From Candidatus Latescibacterota bacterium (GTDB taxonomy: Bacteria > Latescibacterota > UBA2968), in the NCBI GenBank assembly GCA_965222605.1, contig OZ244960.1:2176001-2240000 (forward strand): a stretch of DNA of 64,000 nt. Reading direction: 5' to 3'. Position numbers and translations under genes: made by a program. Every line of letters begins with the position of its first letter. The stretch's first letter is position 1. The notes below the pieces were generated by a model. That model was not told the origin of the DNA. It worked only from the letters and a program-made list of their open reading frames with translations, and made no database searches. Shown here in pieces: positions 56,767 through 64,000 of this stretch.

Positions 56767-57747
56767 TTAAAACGTCCCGGACAAACTTAACCTAAGAGGC
56801 GTATTCAGCAAAGGCCCAAAGTCTGAATACGAAACATCTACATGGATAGTTCGCCCTGAAAATGTACCCTTCAAGCCCGCGCCAACACTCCAGGATTCTT
56901 CGTCATATCGGAACTTGTACCCGGCGCGCAGGGCAATCGCGTTCATAACCCAAAGCTCTGCACCCAGATTATAACGCTGCCATCGGTCGGTGAAATAAGC
57001 GCCTTCGAGTGACCCGGTCAAAGAATAGGGATCGCCCAATTCCCCCAGCACCTCCATTGAGCCGCCAACGTGAAACACGGTCGGCATAGAGGATTTCTCC
57101 GTAACAATCTGCTGTTCGCCGCCCAGATTCTTCATACTCATGCCAATGCGAAAGCTCTTGAACCCGGTGTGCAAAAGCGTGCCCACGCTCAGACTCAACG
57201 CCTGTAATTTCTCTGCGCCAAGGGTGGATTGAATATAGCGAAGGGTCAGACCAGCCGAAAGCTTATTGGTCATCTGCCGCGCAACGGACAACCCGATCGC
57301 AGTATCGCCCGTATTCACCATATTGCCCGTGCCCGTGGGTTGCAAGGTAGTCGTCTCGATAATTTCGGGCGTTTGAAAAGTCACCACCGAAACCCCGACC
57401 ACAGTACTCCATCTCATATTGGCGGCAACAGCACCGGAATAGAATTTGGTATCTGCCAACCACTGAATATACCCGAAAGAATATCCCAGCCTGGGAACCT
57501 TCGCAATCCCCGCCGCATTCCAATAGATCGCTTCAATACCCTCGGCAACAGAGGTATAAGCATCTCCCATAGATGCGGCGCGCGCCGTGGGCGTCACCTT
57601 CAAAAATGTAAATGTGGAAGGTCCCTGCTTCTCGTAATTCTCTGTACTTTCAAGGGTATCTGTCGGTCTCACCTGGGCATGCCCCGGCAATGCGAAGCCG
57701 AGGATACCTAAAACGAGCACTACACAGCCTGTGAACCGTTTCATCAT
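56767..57747 (-). CDS. PorV/PorQ-family (UPF0164-like) outer-membrane beta-barrel
   Basis: Signal peptide; FLKVTPTARAASMGDAY..IYWNAAGI; ends LNTPLRLSLSGTF like 1361..2377. Confidence 0.85.
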   Translation of the reverse strand: MMKRFTGCVVLVLGILGFALPGHAQVRPTDTLESTENYEKQGPSTFTFLKVTPTARAASMGDAYTSVAEGIEAIYWNAAGIAKVPRLGYSFGYIQWLADTKFYSGAVAANMRWSTVVGVSVVTFQTPEIIETTTLQPTGTGNMVNTGDTAIGLSVARQMTNKLSAGLTLRYIQSTLGAEKLQALSLSVGTLLHTGFKSFRIGMSMKNLGGEQQIVTEKSSMPTVFHVGGSMEVLGELGDPYSLTGSLEGAYFTDRWQRYNLGAELWVMNAIALRAGYKFRYDEESWSVGAGLKGTFSGRTIHVDVSYSDFGPLLNTPLRLSLSGTF

Positions 57748-57789
57748 TTTCTATCCTTTTCAAAAAGAGTGTAATAAATGGCCGAACAC

Positions 57790-60132
57790 TTACCGGTGGA
57801 TCACGAAAAGCCCGCGCTGAACTTTGCCAAAACCGGATCCTTGAACTTGGGACTCTACAGTGAAAATATAGACACCCGATGTGACCTCGCCGGTTATGAA
57901 ACGGTCTCTCAACTCCCAGATCGCCTCGCCGGAATTTGGATCGTCGTGCTCAATCTCACCCACCCGATCCCCCGATATCGAAAAGATCGAAATGGTGCAT
58001 TTTCTGGGCACGCCCACAAACCGCAGCTTTTTGGTATTTTGATAATTCTGTAGCGACTCCGCCAGGTTAAATGGATTTGGGACAACCAGTATCTGTTGCT
58101 CTAAATTGTCGGCAGCAACGGAAGAAGCCATTGTCGGACTCCTCGCAGCAATCATCCGCTGTTCTGGCGCCGACCATCCGCCTTCTATTCCATTGAGCAC
58201 ATGTTCTCGAACCACTGGCGGCAAATCGGCAAGGGTTTTCGTCCCCTTGCTCCAGCTCTGCTGCGGCTTGGCCACAGCGCGAACATTGTAGATGTAGAGA
58301 AAGCCCGCCAGAGAATTATCATCGGACCACGCATAGGTATTTGCACCCGTCGCCGGAACCTCACCCACGAGTTCCCATGGACCGTATTCTTGCCATGTGG
58401 AGCGATAAATCCGATAGCTCGCGACATTGGGCACGCCGAAATCGGGATGCACCGCCGTTTCTGCAGTATTCGTCCACGACACCTCCATCTGCGCGGTTTC
58501 ATCGCCTCGAATCTCAAATTCGACATCGGGCGGCGAATCGGGGATATCGTACGCATTTTCGTAAGCAAACTGCGCGTGCGACAAATTCTGTAACATCGCC
58601 CGTTCGCCCTGCGCCAGTGTCGTCTTTCGGGTGTTATCATCTACAACGCCAAAATTCCAACCCCATGTGATCATATCTCTGGTGTGACCCGTACTCGGAT
58701 GGGTATCAAAATCTGCAGCAGTGCCCAACACATATACCAGCACAATTTTGGCCTTGTCCCCAGGTGCGAGGTTGTACGGACCATAGACCTGATCATTCCA
58801 ACCCACGCCCACCTCCGGCGGATTGTCGTGTGACGGAGAAGTAAACGCATCGTAGATCTCTGCAGGACTCAACACACCGCGCAGCGGATCCTGGATCTTC
58901 TTTCGAGCAGTCGCTTGCCACCAGTGTGCCAGAATGGGCGTTTCGCCTTGGGGATCCACATAGCCCGCTACCCGATCTGCGGCATTGAATGTGTGGCTCG
59001 CGCCAGAATTGCGAAATGCCAGCGGTGCCATCCCCATATACTGCGGGGAAATCGGCATACCTTCGGGCCGAGCAGAACTTCCCGGGAATCCCCGTGCCGA
59101 TCCCACAGATTCGAGGTCTTTATAGAAGGGATCTCCCGTATCCTCTTCATTGCTTTGCACCGCATTGCCATCCCACTGGTAATTGATGTATTTCCCGGCA
59201 AAGTCATTGGCAGTCAAACCGCTCAGAGAATTGGGCTGAAAATTGGACGCCACGCTGGAGCGATACCAGTCATCGAGGCCACCCGCGCGCTTGTAATTAA
59301 TCTTTCCGCCTTCGTGTCCCCAGCGATAAGCTGTGCCAGCATTGCTGACGTAGAAGGCGTTCAAAAACCCGAAGTACGTATCGTTGAGCTGTTTGCCTCC
59401 CCTATTTTCAAATTCCAACTCCAGAATAAAGAAATCGTCGAAGTCCTGATGGCTCCACGTATATGCCTTTCTGGTCACCACGAGATCGTGTCTGGTCGTC
59501 CACTGCGAAATGATCACCTCTTCGGACGCGTTCTGAACAGGGGGATAGACCCCGTACCCGTAGTTGTGAATCTCATAAGGCGATGTACTCACCGGGTCTC
59601 CCGTCAATGCCGGCGCACCCTTGTAATAATTTACCATCAGATCGCCAACCCTGACGCCCCGAGTGGGTACTCTCGATTCGAGACCCCAATCTGCCTCCGG
59701 CATATTTTTAATATCGTAAATCAAAGGGAGCACATCTTCGGTCGGCTTGCGCGGCCCCGTCGCAGATACCCACTTCTCCCCATCCACATTGGTCAAAACG
59801 AGCACCCCTTCACCCGCGGAATTTGAGTGGGATTCTGTTTTCTGTGAATATACAGGCCACGACTTCTCGCCCCAGTAGTCGATAAATTCCGGCGGAGTCA
59901 TTCCGATCTGCATCGCATTGACGCCGCCCGGGTAGTTCATCCGCATCATAATTCGGGTCGCCGAAACATCGTAGTGCATCCCCTGCGTACCGGCACTGGT
60001 AAACGAAGTCCAAACCTGCGCCCGGGTCGTGTGCCGCGCCGTGCCGTAAACAACCTCTGCGGCGGGGACGGACTGCACGCCAATCAGCAACAGCAAAAGG
60101 CACAGCCGCCAGTTAAATTGCGTGTTGAACAT
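57790..60132 (-). CDS. Secreted protein with T9SS/FlgD-like C-terminal domain
   Basis: SpI-type signal; ILVVPNPF..LRFVGVPRKCTISIFSISGD.V..W..SGVYIFTV..GLFVIHR. Confidence 0.8.
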   Translation of the reverse strand: MFNTQFNWRLCLLLLLIGVQSVPAAEVVYGTARHTTRAQVWTSFTSAGTQGMHYDVSATRIMMRMNYPGGVNAMQIGMTPPEFIDYWGEKSWPVYSQKTESHSNSAGEGVLVLTNVDGEKWVSATGPRKPTEDVLPLIYDIKNMPEADWGLESRVPTRGVRVGDLMVNYYKGAPALTGDPVSTSPYEIHNYGYGVYPPVQNASEEVIISQWTTRHDLVVTRKAYTWSHQDFDDFFILELEFENRGGKQLNDTYFGFLNAFYVSNAGTAYRWGHEGGKINYKRAGGLDDWYRSSVASNFQPNSLSGLTANDFAGKYINYQWDGNAVQSNEEDTGDPFYKDLESVGSARGFPGSSARPEGMPISPQYMGMAPLAFRNSGASHTFNAADRVAGYVDPQGETPILAHWWQATARKKIQDPLRGVLSPAEIYDAFTSPSHDNPPEVGVGWNDQVYGPYNLAPGDKAKIVLVYVLGTAADFDTHPSTGHTRDMITWGWNFGVVDDNTRKTTLAQGERAMLQNLSHAQFAYENAYDIPDSPPDVEFEIRGDETAQMEVSWTNTAETAVHPDFGVPNVASYRIYRSTWQEYGPWELVGEVPATGANTYAWSDDNSLAGFLYIYNVRAVAKPQQSWSKGTKTLADLPPVVREHVLNGIEGGWSAPEQRMIAARSPTMASSVAADNLEQQILVVPNPFNLAESLQNYQNTKKLRFVGVPRKCTISIFSISGDRVGEIEHDDPNSGEAIWELRDRFITGEVTSGVYIFTVESQVQGSGFGKVQRGLFVIHR

Positions 60133-60151
60133 GCTTTCCTCCAGATAAAAA

Positions 60152-63100
60152 TTAAAATTTCAAACGCGCACCAAACACAATCGACCGGGGCAGCCCGAGA
60201 CCGCGATTATATCGGGTCAGCTCATCCGTATCGCCGTGCGTCTGATAGACCTTGTCGGTGGGCGAGGGCAATGTCAATCCGTATTGAACCGAGTTAAAAC
60301 CGGTCGTCATATCGTCTTTCTGGTTCCAGATATTGCGTATTTCCAGAAATCCAGTTGCCGTTGTCGAAGTGCCGAATTGAAACTCCTTCTCGAAGTTCAT
60401 ATCTGTAACCGTCGAAATCGGAGCATTTCGGCGTACCTGCCCACCCTCTGGCGGCGCATACCACCAGGGGGTACCGCTCTGCACGCGGTAAATCATCGTC
60501 ACCCGAAAACCGGCCAGGGGACTGAAATGAAAGTCTGGCGGAGCCGAAAAGAGAAATTGCGCCGTGGCGTAATTTCTGCGGTCAATACCGCCTCGCAGCG
60601 TCGGAATCCCATAACTCGTATTGGAAAATAACCACAGCCCGGGTTCAATCTCGGTCGGGGGTTCAAAAATTCTACCCGTTGAGATAGACCCAACCTGATC
60701 AATCCACTTCTGCATGATCTGGTCCGCCTTTTCGGCGAATGCAGCCCGCGCTGCCGCATCTGGAACTATGGGCATCTCCTGACCATTGGATTCGACTTCA
60801 ATACCACTGAAAAACTTATCGCTGTTCACCCAGGTCGCATCGGGCACATAGAACCACTTCGCGGCTCTCTTCCCACCCTCAAACGACTTTACCCATTGCA
60901 AATTGTAGGACAGATTAAACGACGTCATGCGCGTGAACATCTTCTTAAACGAGATCTCAAAACCCCTGGACGTCAGAAAACTCTTGTTCGTGATCCCACT
61001 TGCATAAGTGGAGACAGATCCATAAGCGGGGTCTTCCATATGGGCGGATTGCCCGTCAATCTGCCCTTCCTGATCTTTGTAAAATGCGGTCACGCTGGCA
61101 ATATAATCGCCCGCAAAATTCCAATCAACGCCCACCTCAAAACTGGTGGTGCGTACCGGATCGGTCGAGACGGACCCAAATTTACCGGCCAGCGAGTGCG
61201 CCAGAGAATTGTAGATCTCATGCTGGTCGATCACGCCATTGCCATTCAGGTCTTTGTCCGGAACAGAAGAACGGAAGAACCGCGTATAAAACCACTGCAT
61301 ATCGTTAAACTGGTGAAAGGTTCCGGTGAAGAAGCGGATGCTGGCGCGAGCGGTGATAGGATGCGAGATACCCAGCCGGGTGCTCCACGCCGTATTGAGC
61401 GGGGAATCTTCCAGGGGGACATTTCGCCAGCGCGTCAGAGAACTGTAGTGATGCCACAGTATTTTCTCCCCGGCATAGCCCCAGGCCTCGCCCGGATCCA
61501 CCGCGTCGAACCGCACGCCAGCATTGACCACCAGGCCCTCAAACTCCATTTTGTCCTGCAAATAGAGCGCGTACTGAAGCGGTGTGAACGGTTCCATCCC
61601 GAGAATTGGATCTCCCTTGCCCACCAGACGAATCTGCCGAATTTGGGGATCGGGAAAGCCCTCCTCGTGCTGATAGATACTAAAACGGGTCAGTTCAAAG
61701 CCGCCTTTGACCAGATGTCCCCTGGTGATCTGACTGGTCAGATCGCCTTTTAGCAGCCAGCGATTTCTGCGGTAATAATCAAAGGAATGAACGTCCCGAG
61801 GCAGGTAAAATCCAGCACTGGAACGCCGGATCGCTTCGGTGGTCGCGGGGATACCACTCGTGTCAACCGCCGACCGCTGATGGGAAATCCGAAGTTCGTA
61901 AAAAGTCTTGGAAGAAATCGTATGCGTCAGCACAGCGTAAAGCACATTTTCCGTTTCGTTTCCCTCGCCAACACCGGCGAAGCCGCCGGGCACAAAGATA
62001 TTCTTCCCTTCCGTGGCATTCTGAAGCGACCGCGCCGAACCCTCTGGAATCGCAGAGGTACCACCTGTTCCATCGCTAAAGACCCGGGCAAAGTTATAGC
62101 CCTTGTAATAACCGTACACGCTGCCCACTTTCACCTTCGTGTTATTTCCCAACCGATAGGTGGCATTGCCCGAAAGCTGGATATTGAACGGCTCACCATT
62201 GTCGATATCGGGATATAAAGGCGCCTGCCGGCTATTCGTCAACGAGAGAAAGAATCCGGCATCCTCACTAATAGGACCAGAAAATGATCCTTCCCGAAAG
62301 TGCCCCCAAACACCCGTGTAGTCGGTCTGCTGGTGCGCCGGTTGATTGGTTCGGGAGTCAATCTCACTCGCAAAAGTCGGGTCGTTAAAGTCGGCCTGTC
62401 CTTCGTGGATCGCACTTTCGTAAACATTGGATCCCCAGTGCTTTTTGCCCGGCAGCGTTAATCGGTACTCGCCCAACCCGCCAAACTTATCCCTGCTCTC
62501 CCGCGTGATCAGGCTGATAACACCACCCTGTGCATTGCCGTATTCCGCGTCCATCCCACCCACAACCACCTGCACTTCCTGAAGGGCGGACTTGTTGATA
62601 CCCATGAAGTTCGGCGTCGAAAAGCCGTCGTTATTGACCAGTTTAATCCCATCTACCTCTACAAATGTCTCGTTTAGCCTTTGACCTCCGCTCCCGACGA
62701 CATTGCTGCCGCGAATGCGGAGATTGCCGTCTAAAGACACACCTGGAGAAAGTTCAATCAGGTCTTCGGCAGTGCGTGCAAGCGGCACGCGGTTAATATC
62801 GACAACATCGATAATATAGCGACTCGTCGTGCGGTCAGGCTCCACGGGCGGGCGTTCTGCAACCACCAGCATTTCAGCAGCCTGAAGAGTCGTCTCCTCG
62901 AGCTGAAAGTCGATCGTGGTTGTAAAATCTGCACGTACCACAACCGCGTTATTCACCCTCGGCGCATAGCCGACCATCGTCGCTTCCATCTGATATTCGC
63001 CCGGCTCTATGGCCAGGATCAAAAAATAGCCTTCTGAATCCGTGGTAGCACCTCTTCGCGTACCCTGCACCACCACATTCGCACCTGGCAGCGGTTCACC

Positions 63101-63205
63101 GCGTGCATCCCGCACAGTCCCACTGATTTTCCCCACCGACCCCGCCTCACTCATTGTGGGCCAGCACAGTGCCCCAACCAGTATCAGACCAATAATTTTG
63201 TTCAT
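60152..63205 (-). CDS. TonB-dependent receptor with N-terminal carboxypeptidase-regulatory-like domain
   Basis: GKISGTVRD..PLPGANV, plug IRG..VDGI..GGMDAEYGNAQGGVI, LYLQDKMEF..NAGVRFD, C-terminal PRSIVFGARLKF. Confidence 0.9.
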   Translation of the reverse strand: MNKIIGLILVGALCWPTMSEAGSVGKISGTVRDARGEPLPGANVVVQGTRRGATTDSEGYFLILAIEPGEYQMEATMVGYAPRVNNAVVVRADFTTTIDFQLEETTLQAAEMLVVAERPPVEPDRTTSRYIIDVVDINRVPLARTAEDLIELSPGVSLDGNLRIRGSNVVGSGGQRLNETFVEVDGIKLVNNDGFSTPNFMGINKSALQEVQVVVGGMDAEYGNAQGGVISLITRESRDKFGGLGEYRLTLPGKKHWGSNVYESAIHEGQADFNDPTFASEIDSRTNQPAHQQTDYTGVWGHFREGSFSGPISEDAGFFLSLTNSRQAPLYPDIDNGEPFNIQLSGNATYRLGNNTKVKVGSVYGYYKGYNFARVFSDGTGGTSAIPEGSARSLQNATEGKNIFVPGGFAGVGEGNETENVLYAVLTHTISSKTFYELRISHQRSAVDTSGIPATTEAIRRSSAGFYLPRDVHSFDYYRRNRWLLKGDLTSQITRGHLVKGGFELTRFSIYQHEEGFPDPQIRQIRLVGKGDPILGMEPFTPLQYALYLQDKMEFEGLVVNAGVRFDAVDPGEAWGYAGEKILWHHYSSLTRWRNVPLEDSPLNTAWSTRLGISHPITARASIRFFTGTFHQFNDMQWFYTRFFRSSVPDKDLNGNGVIDQHEIYNSLAHSLAGKFGSVSTDPVRTTSFEVGVDWNFAGDYIASVTAFYKDQEGQIDGQSAHMEDPAYGSVSTYASGITNKSFLTSRGFEISFKKMFTRMTSFNLSYNLQWVKSFEGGKRAAKWFYVPDATWVNSDKFFSGIEVESNGQEMPIVPDAAARAAFAEKADQIMQKWIDQVGSISTGRIFEPPTEIEPGLWLFSNTSYGIPTLRGGIDRRNYATAQFLFSAPPDFHFSPLAGFRVTMIYRVQSGTPWWYAPPEGGQVRRNAPISTVTDMNFEKEFQFGTSTTATGFLEIRNIWNQKDDMTTGFNSVQYGLTLPSPTDKVYQTHGDTDELTRYNRGLGLPRSIVFGARLKF

Positions 63206-63226
63206 TCTAAGTCCCTTTCCGATTGC

Positions 63227-63943
63227 TCAGTTAGAAAAGAAAAACTTAATCCTTGCATCAAAACTGAGCTTCTGTAAAGGATATGCCTCTGTCAGACCCC
63301 ACGCTTCCATTGGCCGCACGCGGCTGATGACCAGTTTGTACTGCCCGCGCACATCTATCGCCAGAGAGGATGAGGCGTAAAATTCCAGGCCACCACCCAG
63401 ATTGAAACCCAGCGCAACGCGCCGATCCGAGACCGACTCCAGCACGATCGATTCATCCAACGGCTGGCTTCTTTGCCCCGGAAAGATCAGGCCACTGATC
63501 TTATTCTCGACAAAGGTGAACCCCGTTCCAATCAGGAGATACGGCGAACTTCCGCCCCCCTGTGCCAACTTGGCACCGCTCCCGTTGATATGCCACAAAT
63601 AGTTAATCATACCACCACCCCACACCATCTCGGAGTTGGCATTTGGACTATTGTACTCGTTGCCATCAATAGACCAGAAAAAGGTGCGCTTCTCGAGTTC
63701 ACCACCGCTATATCCCCCGTAGAACGCATCGACTTCGGCACTCCAGCTCTGGTTGAGCACATAGACAAAGGTACCGCCGAAATTAAAGCCACCCGAAGGA
63801 TACCATTCGCCCAATTTGAACGCAGGCCTGTCGTATCCGAGGGCAACGCCGACACCCCACGTACCGTCAACCTGTGCTTCGCCCCTATCTGCACACAGAC
63901 AGATCAGAACAAAACACAAAAAAATAGCTGCTATAAACTTCAT
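63227..63943 (-). CDS. Small outer-membrane beta-barrel protein
   Basis: RBS GGAGG, signal peptide, PYLLIGTG, GFNLGGGLEF, aromatic C-terminus. Confidence 0.75.
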   Translation of the reverse strand: MKFIAAIFLCFVLICLCADRGEAQVDGTWGVGVALGYDRPAFKLGEWYPSGGFNFGGTFVYVLNQSWSAEVDAFYGGYSGGELEKRTFFWSIDGNEYNSPNANSEMVWGGGMINYLWHINGSGAKLAQGGGSSPYLLIGTGFTFVENKISGLIFPGQRSQPLDESIVLESVSDRRVALGFNLGGGLEFYASSSLAIDVRGQYKLVISRVRPMEAWGLTEAYPLQKLSFDARIKFFFSN

Positions 63944-64000
63944 AAGCAATCCTCCTTTCCAGAGAAATAAGCGCAATTATGTACTCTGCAACTTCTGCTA

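Overview
64-kb window from a bacterium that is probably in the FCB superphylum (Latescibacterota/Gemmatimonadota-like). The lineage is inferred from PorV-family barrels, a GWxTD protein, T9SS-type C-terminal domains and a short RpoD-like sigma; Sel1/ankyrin/TPR proteins and many TA genes hint at a host-associated lifestyle. Each end carries a paralogous SusD-less outer-membrane cassette: OM barrel, TonB-dependent receptor, secreted protein with a T9SS/FlgD-like C-terminal domain, and a PorV-like barrel. The right copy shows all four genes, the left copy is cut by the window edge, and both lie next to putative glycan-degrading genes. Features the ORF track misses: a Sec-containing BCP peroxiredoxin with a SECIS-like hairpin; a 1297-bp TnpB-only IS200/IS605 element inserted precisely at TTAC in an ankyrin gene; an IS1595-derived cargo element; a 180-bp MITE with a nested palindrome; an ATT-start HicB-like ORF; a duplicated promoter; a duplicated translation start; and two tRNA-Pro genes. 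The 1981-aa ORF appears to be an in-frame fusion of three genes. The rest includes phoB/phoR-like genes, a phosphorelay/partner-switching cluster, mlaEFD-like genes, RNase II, DUF368 and catabolic enzymes. All family calls come from motif recognition only; no database searches were run.
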